A stretch of 40,646 nucleotides of DNA, taken from the IMG/VR virus record IMGVR_UViG_3300037457_000051, positions 1-40,646 of that record; one strand, written 5' to 3'. The position numbers were made by a program, and so were the translations under genes. This document shows, one piece after another, positions 17,850 to 28,077 of the stretch; position 1 is the stretch's first letter, and every line of letters starts with the position of its first letter. Under the pieces are notes generated by a model that saw only the letters and a program-made list of their open reading frames with translations, made no database searches and had not been told where the DNA came from. Origin of the DNA: a virus. Its lineage: Duplodnaviria > Caudoviricetes.

Positions 17850-18056
17850 ATGCCGATGGCAGACATGCTCGGAAGCATGAAGTCGGAGCCAGAGTCCTCA
17901 CCCGGCATGGGCGAGGACGACGGCGAGAGCATGGCCAAGGAGGAGGCGGGCAAAGCGCTCGCCTCCGCCCTGGGCATGAAAGGTGAAGTGGACGGCAAAG
18001 CTGTCTGCGAAGCCGTGAAGACAATCTTAGAGCTCGAGTCTTACGACGAAGAATGA
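17850..18056 (+). CDS. Hypothetical small acidic protein
   Basis: ATGA overlap with the adaptor gene. Confidence 0.6.
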   Translation: MPMADMLGSMKSEPESSPGMGEDDGESMAKEEAGKALASALGMKGEVDGKAVCEAVKTILELESYDEE

Positions 18057-18769
18057 GCACGCGGCTCACTTACGCGCAAATTGCTGAGCTGGTTCGGCAA
18101 CGAGCGGACCTGGAAAATAGTACGTTCGTTGTCGACGGCTCGGCTGCGTCTGGTGAGCTGTACAGTGCGATCCACCTGGCGGCCGAGCAGCATTACCACC
18201 AGCTGAGCTCGCTCCGTGACGAGCTGTTTCTGGCCGTCGGAACCATCACGACCGTTGCGGGCACGGTGGCTTACAATCTCGCGTCCTCCAACAATCCGTA
18301 CAACGTGAAAATCATCGCGGTGCGCCTCACGGTAGGCGACTACAAGTGGCCGCTGCAGCCATTCGACGCGACACGGATCACGACGTCCAAAAATCACTCG
18401 TGGGGAGCGGGACTGCTGCCGCGCTACAGGCATCGCCAGTCCAAATCCACAGGCGACTACCTCGAATTTGACCCGCCGCCAGCCGGCGTACACACCGTGA
18501 CTGTCGAGTATCTGCCCGAGTGGACCAAGCCGACGACCACCTCTGAGACAATGCAGCTGCCATTTCCAGAGTGGGTGGTGCTCGACGCTGCAATTCGTCT
18601 CGCGGCTAAGGAGGAGCGCGACGCTAGCGACTTAGTGCGCGAGCGCGAGCTACTGGCGCAGCGCATTCAGTCGTGGGCAGCGCCGACGGACCAAAATTGG
18701 CCGAAGGGCATCGCGGACCATCGCGCCAATGAGGACACCGACTCTGATTGGGGCATGGATGGCTGGTGA
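18053..18769 (+). CDS. Head-to-tail adaptor (tail tubular protein A / P22 gp4-like position)
   Basis: VRQRADLE..TTVAGTVAYNL..FDPPP..VTVEYLP..EWVVLDAAIR pattern; position before the nozzle. Confidence 0.72.
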   Translation: MSTRLTYAQIAELVRQRADLENSTFVVDGSAASGELYSAIHLAAEQHYHQLSSLRDELFLAVGTITTVAGTVAYNLASSNNPYNVKIIAVRLTVGDYKWPLQPFDATRITTSKNHSWGAGLLPRYRHRQSKSTGDYLEFDPPPAGVHTVTVEYLPEWTKPTTTSETMQLPFPEWVVLDAAIRLAAKEERDASDLVRERELLAQRIQSWAAPTDQNWPKGIADHRANEDTDSDWGMDGW

Positions 18770-19112
18770 GCGCATCAGGACGATCCAGCTCGAGCGGCCG
18801 AGCGCTGGGCAGAGTGCGGAAGACACGCGCCTGCAGGACGCGATCGAGCGCTCACTGCGCAAGGTCCTGCCTGAGTGGGCGCGCGGCTCTCAACTCGTCA
18901 AGGACGTCACGTTTACGAGTGGCCAGACGTCGTACGTCGCGCACAATCTCGGCCGTGCACACAAGGACTGGATCTTGGCTCGCGTGCGGACGGCTACTGC
19001 CAATCTATTCGAAATCGATGCTGCGCACGCTGACTGGAGCGAGGCCCGCGCGAGCACCCACGTACAGCTACGCGCTGGCGCTAGTTTCACTGCTGACTTG
19101 GTGGTGTGGTGA
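18759..19112 (+). CDS. Virion-associated protein
   Basis: VAHNLGR motif; lies between adaptor and nozzle. Confidence 0.6.
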   Translation: MAGERIRTIQLERPSAGQSAEDTRLQDAIERSLRKVLPEWARGSQLVKDVTFTSGQTSYVAHNLGRAHKDWILARVRTATANLFEIDAAHADWSEARASTHVQLRAGASFTADLVVW

Positions 19113-19113
19113 C

Positions 19114-22100
19114 ATGCCGCCTGTACCTTATTCCGTCGTCCATCACCCGTTCGTCGGGCCGCTCGATGAATCCGTAGAGCCAGCGCTCCTGGAGCAAGGC
19201 TTTACGGAGATCGAAAACGGTTCGTTCGAAGAACAAGGCAAGATCCGCAAACGCCCCGGCACGACGGAGCTCAATAGCGCGCTTTCAGGTACACCGGACG
19301 TAGAGCGATTCATCAAATGGAAAGACGCGCTGCTCGTTGCAACGGGCCAGGCTTCGGGACGACTATTGCGGCCGAACGCCTCGACAATGCTCGAGGTCAC
19401 TCAGCAGATGAGCGAGTGCACGGTGCGCAGAAAAGCGATCGAGCGCTCTATTCAGGACAACGTCTTCAACCCCGAAGTGGCGTGGTCGAACGGTTACTTC
19501 GTTTACGTGTGGCAGGCGCAGGGCGGCATCTGGTGTCGTGTCACAGACGACTCTGGACGCACGTACTTGTTCGATCAGAACCTGAACAGTTTGACGGGGA
19601 TCAAGAACCCTCGCGTGGCTGTGAATGGTAATTACGTCCTGGTCTGTTATCAGGCCACGAGTGGCACCGACCAACTGCGCGGTAGGATCATCGACTGTTC
19701 GACAGTACCTACCATCAGCAGTGAGACAACGCTGCTCAGTGACATTTTTTCGTCGAAAATTGGGGCCTACGACATCTCGCACAACGGCGCGGCGGCCGGC
19801 GAATTCCTCCTCGCATACATCAATCTGAGCGACGAGCGTGTTGGGCGCAAGGTTACGACTACGGGCGGAGCGGCGCCGGTGCTCGGCTCAACCTGGCGAG
19901 CGGCCCAGGCGGCACTCGCTGCGCACACTCGTATTTCGGTCCTGCAGGCGCAGCCAAGCGGCACGCCGGCAGGGGTCCTCGCGTTTGTCGACAGCGGCTC
20001 GGTGCGTGTCGAAATCTACAACACTTCTTCGGGCGCGCAGATACTCGCGGCCACCTCGCACATCCCTGTTGGAGCGCTCGAGGCCGGCACCGGGATTGCG
20101 AAGATCACTGAGTTATCGTATCTGATTGTTGGACACGAACAGGGCACCTCCTCGACACCACAGATCCTATGGTGGAGATGGATTACGAGTGCCGGAGTTC
20201 AGGGTATTACGCGCAGCACCGCACGCTTGCGGCTAGAATCCAAGCCTTGGACGATGCCGCTGGACATCTCCGGGACAGACCGCCAGTTTTGCGTCGTCAG
20301 CACAGAGGACGTCTTCGCTGTTGTCGAGCTCGCCGATACTGACGCTTCAGCGCGACCCGTGGCCACCTTCGGCAAGTCGCAGCAGAACACCTTTGGGCTA
20401 GGGTCAGGGCCGCGGCATATGCCGTCCTGGGTGTCGGCCGACACATTTCGCAGACACACCGGCGTGTATCTGCAGGCGGCAGGCGCCGAGACGCACGGCG
20501 CCGGCGACCACGTGATCCTGGACTTCGACGACTCGGCGCGCTACCAGGCTGCCGAGTCAGGGGATCTCGCGTATTGGGCGAGCGGGCTCGTGCAGTACAC
20601 AGACGGCGACAATGCGCACGAGTCTGGATTTCTCCAGACGCCTCAGATCCATGCCTCGAACGGCACAGGCACCGGGCTCGTCGCCAATGACATCTACGAC
20701 TACGTGCTCGTGTACGAGTGGTTCGACCGTTGGGGCAATTATCACCAGAGCCCGCCGAGCGAAGTCGAGCGGCATACCGTGCCGGACGCCGGCGGCAGCC
20801 AGGGCACGGTCGACCTAGACCTCGAGCACCTGTCTCTCACGCTGCGGCAACGCCAGACGGCAACACAACGTCGTGTCCAGCTCGCCGTGTATCGCGCCAA
20901 CGTCTCAGTGGCTGGAGCGCCGGCGAGCGAAGTCGGCGTCTTCTATCGTGAGTACACTATCGTTGGGACGCCTGCAGCGCGCGACAATGACCCGCAGCGA
21001 CTGTCTTTTCAGACGATCAACGACAACGGGACCCAGTTTTCCAACGCTAACCCAACGCTCTACACGAGCGGCAATGTGCTCGAGCAAGACGTGGTGTATG
21101 GCGGCGGCCGCGCTCTGGTGCGTCACAAGGCGCGTATCTGGGTCGGCGGCGGGGAAGAGCCGGACGTGCTCTGGTATTCGCAAGAGGAGACAGAGGGCCG
21201 TCCAGCGGAATTCAATCTGGCTCAGCAGGTGCGCATTCCTGGCGAAGAGGTGAACGCACTCGCGAGCCTCGACGACGCACTGATTGCGTTTTCGAAGGAC
21301 CGTATCTACGCGATCTTCGGCGAGGGGCCAAACAGCACAGGCGACCCTCAGAGCGGCAGCTTCACTGTGCCGATCGTGGTTCATTCCGACGGCGGCTGCG
21401 ACCAGCCGCGTGGCACTGTCTCGACACCACTGGGTGTGTTTTTCGTAGGGCGCCAAGGCTTCTACCTGCTCGACCGATCGCGGTCGGTGCAGTTCATCGG
21501 CGACGCGGTACAGGACACTTTTGCAGCGTTCCCGCAGGTGCGCTCGGCAACGTACGTGCAGCACCGCGGAGAGATCCGATGGCTCGTGCGCAACGCTGCC
21601 GAGACAGCGTGGCGCGTGATCGTGTTCGACTTCGAGTCAAAAAAATGGGCCGTCTGGAAGTACGCTACAGAACGAATCGGAGCCGACAGCGCGTACAGTG
21701 CTGGCTCGTGGTACTACGTGGCCAAGGACGGCGTCGTCGCTCAGGAGACCAGTACCTATACCGACGATGGTAATTGGTACGGCGTCAAGGTGACCACCGG
21801 CCACTTGAGTTTTGGCGACTGGCAAACGTTGAAGCGCCTCCGGCGGGTAAGAGTCATGCTCGAGCGTCGTGGCACCGGTGGCTGCGCTTTGCAGCTAGCG
21901 CGCAACGGAGCGGCGTTCGGTGCCCCGACTGACAGTGATACGTTTGTCTGGACCGAGGCGGAGGTGGCGGCTCTGGTCGAGGCCGGCATGCGAGCGCACG
22001 TCGACAAGCAAAAGGGCCATCGCTACCAGATTCTTGTGGGTGAGGTTGAACCGGCGTCGCCGGACGAGGGCCTAGCCTTCATTGGATTTAGCTACGAAGT

Positions 22101-22149
22101 CGGTATGCGGACTGGAGTGCAGCGCGCGCCGAAGGCGGACAGTAAATAA
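19114..22149 (+). CDS. Tail nozzle / tail tubular protein B (P22 gp10-like)
   Basis: ~1011 aa, beta-rich; GKIRKRPG N-terminus, HKARIWV..LWYS, STPLGVFF propeller-type motifs. Confidence 0.78.
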   Translation: MPPVPYSVVHHPFVGPLDESVEPALLEQGFTEIENGSFEEQGKIRKRPGTTELNSALSGTPDVERFIKWKDALLVATGQASGRLLRPNASTMLEVTQQMSECTVRRKAIERSIQDNVFNPEVAWSNGYFVYVWQAQGGIWCRVTDDSGRTYLFDQNLNSLTGIKNPRVAVNGNYVLVCYQATSGTDQLRGRIIDCSTVPTISSETTLLSDIFSSKIGAYDISHNGAAAGEFLLAYINLSDERVGRKVTTTGGAAPVLGSTWRAAQAALAAHTRISVLQAQPSGTPAGVLAFVDSGSVRVEIYNTSSGAQILAATSHIPVGALEAGTGIAKITELSYLIVGHEQGTSSTPQILWWRWITSAGVQGITRSTARLRLESKPWTMPLDISGTDRQFCVVSTEDVFAVVELADTDASARPVATFGKSQQNTFGLGSGPRHMPSWVSADTFRRHTGVYLQAAGAETHGAGDHVILDFDDSARYQAAESGDLAYWASGLVQYTDGDNAHESGFLQTPQIHASNGTGTGLVANDIYDYVLVYEWFDRWGNYHQSPPSEVERHTVPDAGGSQGTVDLDLEHLSLTLRQRQTATQRRVQLAVYRANVSVAGAPASEVGVFYREYTIVGTPAARDNDPQRLSFQTINDNGTQFSNANPTLYTSGNVLEQDVVYGGGRALVRHKARIWVGGGEEPDVLWYSQEETEGRPAEFNLAQQVRIPGEEVNALASLDDALIAFSKDRIYAIFGEGPNSTGDPQSGSFTVPIVVHSDGGCDQPRGTVSTPLGVFFVGRQGFYLLDRSRSVQFIGDAVQDTFAAFPQVRSATYVQHRGEIRWLVRNAAETAWRVIVFDFESKKWAVWKYATERIGADSAYSAGSWYYVAKDGVVAQETSTYTDDGNWYGVKVTTGHLSFGDWQTLKRLRRVRVMLERRGTGGCALQLARNGAAFGAPTDSDTFVWTEAEVAALVEAGMRAHVDKQKGHRYQILVGEVEPASPDEGLAFIGFSYEVGMRTGVQRAPKADSK

Positions 22150-23528
22150 TGTCGTCAATCGATTGGGAAGGTGGACTCGCGGGCGCAGGCACGGGCGCTG
22201 CGATAGGCTCATTCGGCGGCCCAATAGGCACCGGAATCGGTGCAGCCGGCGGATTTGTCCTCGGCTCTGGACTGCTCGGCGGCGGCATGAGCGGGCAAAA
22301 TAAACGCGGCGTGCGGGGACAAATGCTGAACGTCAACCAAGCCGACCAAGCGCGCCAACTGCAGATGCGCGGACAGCAACAGATGTTTTCCGAAGAGCTC
22401 CGTCGGCGCGCGATGGGACAAGGCCCGAGTGTGGCCGAGCGGCAGATGGGCGCCGGAATGGGGCAGCAAATCCAGGCCTCGCGCAGCGCAGCTGCAAGCG
22501 GGCGCGGCGGCAATGTCGGGCTGACACAGCGGCTCGCGTCACAACAGGCCGCGCAAGGCACCGCGAATGTAATTCGCGACGCCGGCATGCTGCGTGCGCA
22601 GGAGATGCAGACCGCAGGACAGACGTACGCAGGCGACTTGGATCGTCAGCGCGCGGCGGACCTGCAAGCGCGTGGATTTTCAATCGACGAAGCGCGAGCG
22701 CAGCTCGAAGCGGACCGCGAGCGCGAGCGCCTCGAGGCGGAGCGCGCGGAGGGCAATGTGCAGCGCCGCCAACAATTCCTGGGCGGATTAATGAGTGCCG
22801 CCGGCGGCGCACTGAGTGACCGGCGCGCGAAAGAAGACATCAAGCCGATGTATTCGGACTTCTTTTCGAAGGAGCCCGACGAGGCCGCCACCTTCGGGCG
22901 TCAGCTTCGAAGCGCACTCGCACCGGCGCCGGCGGCCGCGCCGGTGGCAGCCGCGCCCGCACGCTCGCAAGAGGAGGTCGTCCGGCGTGCCGTCGAGCAG
23001 GCGCGGCAGAACGAGCAGACGCGCGCCCCGGCGCAGAAGAAAGACGAGGGGAGTTCCGGAATCGGCTCGGCGCTGTCGTCGCTCGGCGGGTCGTTGCTGA
23101 GCGACTTCACGGCAAAGGAGCTACCGCCGCTAAAAGCCGGTGTCCCGACTGCGCGATTTCCGGACGTGTCCGCAGAAGAGAACAGAGCAGCCTTCGAGCC
23201 AGTCGAGCCGGTGCGGTATCGGTACAAGCCGGAGGCGGCGGAGCGTATGGCGCTCGAACAGGGCGCGACGCCTGACGAGCAGGCGATGGTCTTCGACGAC
23301 AAACGCGCGCCACGCAATGGAATCATCGCGCAAGACCTCGAGCGCTCGCCAGCGTTTGATGACTCGGTAGTTGAGACGCCAGCGGGCAAAGCTGTCGACC
23401 GCGACCGTGCGTTAAGCGAGATGCTCGCGCAAGGCGCCGGCTTCGACAAGCGGCTGAAGGAGCTCGAGGCATACCTCCAGAGCGCTGAGAGCAAGCGATT
23501 GAAGAAAGCTGCGGAGGTCAAGCGCTGA
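22149..23528 (+). CDS. Ejection/pilot protein with C-terminal Peptidase_S74 (intramolecular chaperone)-like domain
   Basis: Gly-rich hydrophobic N-terminus, Gln/Ala helices, LSDRRAKEDI..PVRYRYK..GIIAQDLE. Confidence 0.72.
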   Translation: MSSIDWEGGLAGAGTGAAIGSFGGPIGTGIGAAGGFVLGSGLLGGGMSGQNKRGVRGQMLNVNQADQARQLQMRGQQQMFSEELRRRAMGQGPSVAERQMGAGMGQQIQASRSAAASGRGGNVGLTQRLASQQAAQGTANVIRDAGMLRAQEMQTAGQTYAGDLDRQRAADLQARGFSIDEARAQLEADRERERLEAERAEGNVQRRQQFLGGLMSAAGGALSDRRAKEDIKPMYSDFFSKEPDEAATFGRQLRSALAPAPAAAPVAAAPARSQEEVVRRAVEQARQNEQTRAPAQKKDEGSSGIGSALSSLGGSLLSDFTAKELPPLKAGVPTARFPDVSAEENRAAFEPVEPVRYRYKPEAAERMALEQGATPDEQAMVFDDKRAPRNGIIAQDLERSPAFDDSVVETPAGKAVDRDRALSEMLAQGAGFDKRLKELEAYLQSAESKRLKKAAEVKR

Positions 23529-25264
23529 TGGCGTACGACCCGCTCGACCTTGAGGCGTTTCGGATCGCGAATGATATGTCGCTGCCGCCAGAACAGCGGC
23601 AGCAGATGATCGATGAGCTCTATGCTCAGCCGGCTGGTGTGCCGTCGCTCGGCGACGTGGGCGCAACGGCGCAGGCACTGGCCGCACCCAGTGATGCAAT
23701 GATCCCACAGGGCGCACAACTTGGCCCTGTGGCGACGCCTCAGCTGGGCATGCATCGTCAAGATGTAGTGCCGGAGTCGGCGCCAGTAGGCGACGTGCAG
23801 GCTGTGCAGCAGGCGCTTGGCGTGCAGCCGCAGCAACCGGCGCCGCCGGCGCAACCAGCTGCACCACAAATCCGTTTTGCTGGGCAGCCTGGCGCGCCGC
23901 AAGCGGGTGGCGGATTCCAGCTGCCGCCCATGCCGCAGCAACGCACCGTCAAGGTCGGGACGAACGAATTTCAGCCAAGCCAACGAAACATCCAGACGCA
24001 ATTCGCGCCGAAGATGGCCGAGGAAACCGAGGCGGCTCTAGCCGAGGCCGAACAGGCACAGGGCGAAGCTGCGGTGAAGGTTGCGGAGGAAGGCTACGAG
24101 GCCGGCAAACGGATCAATCTGCAGCGCACACTGGCGGAGGGATACAAGGCAGGACTCGCCGACGATCAGGCGCGAAGTGAACGCGACCGGGCGGCGCAGC
24201 TGCAGAAGTACGAGCAGAGCTATCGTGCTTTCTCCGACGAGGCAGCTGCACAGTCCAAGATCGATCCGGACCGATACTGGGCGAACAAGAGCACCGGCGA
24301 CAAGGTGATGAGCAAGCTCGCGATTGCGCTTGGTGCGCTCGGCAGCGCCATCACCGGACAGCCCAACATCGCGTGGGAGCAAATCAAGCTCGAGATAGAC
24401 AACGATATCCTGGCGCAACGCGAGAATGCGCAGATGCTCGGCCGGCGCGCGGAGCAAGAGCGCACGATTTACCAGATGGCGCAGGAGCGATTCGGTGACG
24501 AACGGCTGGCGGAGCTCGCTGCGCTCGAGGAAGCGTATCGACAAACCGACAGAAACCTGGAGGTTTTCGCCGAGAGCGCTCGAACCGAAGAACGCAAAGC
24601 ACAACTCGACGCCCTGCGCGCGGAAGTTCAGAAGAGCGCCGTCGAGGCGCACGCCGAACGTGAGCTCGCACAGCAGGACAAGATTGCGATCAGCGAAGCA
24701 CAGCGCTTTGACCCGGTGCGCTATGTGCAGAGCGGAGGCGACCCGCTCAAGCAGCTCAAATACACGCTCGACCTCGTCAACACGAGCAAGGCGCTGCAGA
24801 AGGCGACCTCGCCCGAGCAAGCTGTCGACCCGTCGCACAAGCTCTATGTGCCAGGACTCGGCTACGCACGCACGCATCAGGACGCGCAGTCAATGCGCGA
24901 GTTGCAGGCGAATTTTGAAGAGACGATGGGCTCGTTCGACGAAATGGAAAAGATGCTCGGCCAAAAGGGCAGGCTTGTTCCGTTCAGTGCGACGCGTGCG
25001 AGTGCAGACTCTCTCCAGGCACAAGTACAGACCGGGATAGCGAAGTCGTATGGCGGGATCATCACGGAAAGCGACCTGAAAGCCGCGGCACGCGAGAGCC
25101 CATCTATCACCAGCACCGACATTGCTGGCGGCGAAGCGGCACGCCTCAAGCGCGCCCGAGAAAAATTCATCCGACGCTACGAGGCGCACATCAAGAGCAA
25201 GGTCACCGCTCAGCCGCCTGAGAATGTCGGGCCCGAGCCTCAGCCTAGGGCAGAAGGTCGCTGA
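23528..25264 (+). CDS. Internal virion/DNA ejection protein
   Basis: Ala/Gln/Glu helical protein with a hydrophobic IALGALGSAITG segment; second of three coupled large ORFs after the nozzle. Confidence 0.65.
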   Translation: MAYDPLDLEAFRIANDMSLPPEQRQQMIDELYAQPAGVPSLGDVGATAQALAAPSDAMIPQGAQLGPVATPQLGMHRQDVVPESAPVGDVQAVQQALGVQPQQPAPPAQPAAPQIRFAGQPGAPQAGGGFQLPPMPQQRTVKVGTNEFQPSQRNIQTQFAPKMAEETEAALAEAEQAQGEAAVKVAEEGYEAGKRINLQRTLAEGYKAGLADDQARSERDRAAQLQKYEQSYRAFSDEAAAQSKIDPDRYWANKSTGDKVMSKLAIALGALGSAITGQPNIAWEQIKLEIDNDILAQRENAQMLGRRAEQERTIYQMAQERFGDERLAELAALEEAYRQTDRNLEVFAESARTEERKAQLDALRAEVQKSAVEAHAERELAQQDKIAISEAQRFDPVRYVQSGGDPLKQLKYTLDLVNTSKALQKATSPEQAVDPSHKLYVPGLGYARTHQDAQSMRELQANFEETMGSFDEMEKMLGQKGRLVPFSATRASADSLQAQVQTGIAKSYGGIITESDLKAAARESPSITSTDIAGGEAARLKRAREKFIRRYEAHIKSKVTAQPPENVGPEPQPRAEGR

Positions 25265-28077
25265 TGCCGGTCACCATGTACACGCCCGACGGGCAAGCCG
25301 TGCAGGTGCCGGAGGACCAGGCGCTCGCGGCGTACCAGTCTGGACAGCTGGGGCTGCCGGAGGGCGCGACGCTCAATGTCCGCGACCGAGCGGGCAACGT
25401 GCAGGCGCTCGGGCTCGACGAGCTCGGCGGCCTCACTGCAGGCGTGCACCGAGTGGAGTCTCCTGAGGAGACCGAGGCGCGCATGCTGCAGGAGCAGCAC
25501 GGCGGACTCGGGTCTCAGGTCGTGACCGGCGTCGAGTCAGGGCTAGGAGCTGCCACTCTGGGTGGCTATGACGTCGTCGCGTCCGAGCTCGGCGGCGAGG
25601 AGTACAGGGAGGCGCGCCGCGCGCGCGAGGCGGCTAACCCGAGCGCAGCGATGGCCGGCGAAGTGGTCGGCACGGTAGCCCCGTTGCTTGCCTCCGGCGG
25701 AACCTCTTTGGCGGCCCGTGGAGCGGCCGCGGTGGGCGCCCCGGTCAGGGCTGCAGCGGCGGCCGGAGAAGCGGCAGCGGGCCTCTCAGGCCGGGCATTA
25801 GCTCGTGTGGGAGTGACCGGCGAGAGCGTGCTTGGACGCGGCGTGCAGCGAGCTGCACAGCTCGGGGCCGGCGGCGCCGTCGAGGGTGGCGCGTACGGCG
25901 CTGGACAGGTGCTCTCAGAGGCCGCGCTCGCCCCGGACGGCAACTACGACCGCCTGGGGGAACGCCTGATTGCAGGCTTCAAAGAGGGGGCAAAATTCGG
26001 GGCTCTGGCAGGTGGCACGCTCGGCCTGGGCCTCGGAGTGGGCGGAGCGGTCGCGGGCGCGGCAGCGAGGCGCGTAGGCGGCGCAGAGGGTGCCCGCAAG
26101 CTCGCCGGGGACCTGAGCGAATTCTCGGCCGTCAAGGCGATCGACCCGAGCAAAAAGGCGACCCGTGAGCTGGGGAATACTGGGCGCCGGCTCTCAACTG
26201 GACGAGAATTGTTAGACACCGGAATAGTTAGTCCAGGGGCCTCCACGCAACAAATGCTTTCACGTGCAACGGCGGTGAAGCAGGAAGCTGGGGAGCGGAT
26301 AGGTTCGCTGCTTCGGCGTGTCGACGAATCTGGCGCTCGTGTTGACGCGGCAAAGATGTTTGGCCAGCTCGACGAGCTGACAGGGTCGCTACGCAAGAGC
26401 TTGTCGGTCGCAGACAACCGGATCGCAGACAGGCTCGACGAGACGCTCTCCAATCTTCGGAGTGCAACCAAGACGCCGGCCGAGCTAGCCGAGCTCGGCG
26501 TCAAAGGCGGCAAAGCGCGCCAGCTCACGTTTGAAGAGCTGCATCAGTTTCGCGCGCGGCTCGACGCGGACATCAACTGGGCGCGCGTCGAAGCGCCGCC
26601 CGCGGCTGAGCGACTGCGCGAGGTGCGACGCATTCTCGAGGACACGATCGAAAAGCAAGCTGACGAAGCGGCGCGCAAAGTCAATCGGGTCGACGAACTC
26701 GGGCTCAAGAACGCCGAGTACCTGCGCGAGGGCATGCGGGACCTAAAGGCCTTTCGCCAGGCATTCGACGGAGCCACACCCGAGCAGGTGCAACGGATCG
26801 CACGCGGAGAGGTGCCGACACTTACAGGCCGAAAATTCGAACCTGTGCGAGTCAACATCGATCCGGACGGAACGATTCATTTGTCCGACGGCAGGCACCG
26901 TATGCTCGCGGCCGACGAGGCTGGAGCGACGGAAATACTCGCGCATGTGCGTCGCTTCGACGACGCAGGCAACGTAGTTAGTGAGTTCACGCGGCCGGTT
27001 AGTATCGGCGCTTCGAAAGGAGCCGGCCCCGGCTTTTTGCAGGAATACCAGGCCGCAAAGAAGACGTACGGCGCCTCACGCTGGGCTGAGCGACAGCTGA
27101 CCGACAATCTCGCACGCGGGCAAACCAATCGCGTGTTTGGTCTGACTGACACGATTGCGGCAGTCGGCGGCACGGTGCTCGGTGGCGGTTCTGTGGCGGG
27201 GCTCGCTGCAGGCGCCGGGCTCGCGCTCGCGAACAAGGTGGTCCGCGAGAAAGCCGCAGGCGTAATTGCAGTGCTCGCCGACCGCGTCGCGAAGGCGGAC
27301 GTCAAGCTTGGCAAAGGCGTCAAAAAATTCCTCAGGCCCGTCGAGCGCGCGACGCGCGCAGAAGCACTCGCCGAAGGCGCCGAGGCGCAGGTCGAACGCA
27401 AGGCGAAGGTCGACCGAATCCTCGGAGCAAAGAAGGGTGAGCCGCGCGTGGAGGCCTACCGCCGAAAGCTTGCGCAAATCAGCGAAGCGGCGCAGCAAGG
27501 ACCGCGCGCGATCGAGCAGAAGATTGGCAACATCGCCAGCGTCGCGCCGAATGCTGCGGTGGGCATGGCGGCGGCTCTGAGTCGCGGCAATCAATACCTG
27601 CAGCAGGTCGCGCCGACGGGGCTAGTAGACACTGAGAGCCTCGTGCCGCACCTGCAAAAGCCTCTGGTCGACCCCGTGTCATTGGCCAAGTTTGCGCGCG
27701 CCGTGCAGGTCGTCGAGGATCCATTGAGCGTGCTCGACGAGCTCGAGGCGGGCACGCTGACGCGCGACCACGTGCAGGCGTTGCGCAACGTTTATCCGGA
27801 GGTCTACCAAGACATCCGGATGAAGTTCGCCGACGAGCTCAGCAAACTCAAGGCGCCCCCGCCGTACGAGCGTCGCATCCAGATGGGCACATTGTTCGAG
27901 TTGGCGACTGACAAGTCGCTCCGGCCGTCGTCCATAGCGACCGTGCAGCAGGGGTACGCCGCGCAAGCCGAGCAGGCGCCGCCGCCGCCAGGCGCACCGA
28001 TGCCTCAGTCGACCATGGCCGAGGCAATCAAGACCGAATCTCAAAAACTCGCTTCAGGAGGATTGGATCAGCCATGA
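25264..28077 (+). CDS. Large internal virion/DNA ejection protein with an embedded ParB/Srx-like domain
   Basis: 937 aa, Ala/Gly-rich membrane-like segments; FEPVRV..IHLSDGRHRMLAA..GATEILAHV at ~26836-26955. Confidence 0.7.
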   Translation: MPVTMYTPDGQAVQVPEDQALAAYQSGQLGLPEGATLNVRDRAGNVQALGLDELGGLTAGVHRVESPEETEARMLQEQHGGLGSQVVTGVESGLGAATLGGYDVVASELGGEEYREARRAREAANPSAAMAGEVVGTVAPLLASGGTSLAARGAAAVGAPVRAAAAAGEAAAGLSGRALARVGVTGESVLGRGVQRAAQLGAGGAVEGGAYGAGQVLSEAALAPDGNYDRLGERLIAGFKEGAKFGALAGGTLGLGLGVGGAVAGAAARRVGGAEGARKLAGDLSEFSAVKAIDPSKKATRELGNTGRRLSTGRELLDTGIVSPGASTQQMLSRATAVKQEAGERIGSLLRRVDESGARVDAAKMFGQLDELTGSLRKSLSVADNRIADRLDETLSNLRSATKTPAELAELGVKGGKARQLTFEELHQFRARLDADINWARVEAPPAAERLREVRRILEDTIEKQADEAARKVNRVDELGLKNAEYLREGMRDLKAFRQAFDGATPEQVQRIARGEVPTLTGRKFEPVRVNIDPDGTIHLSDGRHRMLAADEAGATEILAHVRRFDDAGNVVSEFTRPVSIGASKGAGPGFLQEYQAAKKTYGASRWAERQLTDNLARGQTNRVFGLTDTIAAVGGTVLGGGSVAGLAAGAGLALANKVVREKAAGVIAVLADRVAKADVKLGKGVKKFLRPVERATRAEALAEGAEAQVERKAKVDRILGAKKGEPRVEAYRRKLAQISEAAQQGPRAIEQKIGNIASVAPNAAVGMAAALSRGNQYLQQVAPTGLVDTESLVPHLQKPLVDPVSLAKFARAVQVVEDPLSVLDELEAGTLTRDHVQALRNVYPEVYQDIRMKFADELSKLKAPPPYERRIQMGTLFELATDKSLRPSSIATVQQGYAAQAEQAPPPPGAPMPQSTMAEAIKTESQKLASGGLDQP

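Noticed and set aside
18748-19113. N-terminal 122-aa extension of the nozzle ORF in the track
   Set aside because: Overlaps a better ORF (18759-19112) in another frame; the ATG at 19114 directly follows that gene's stop.
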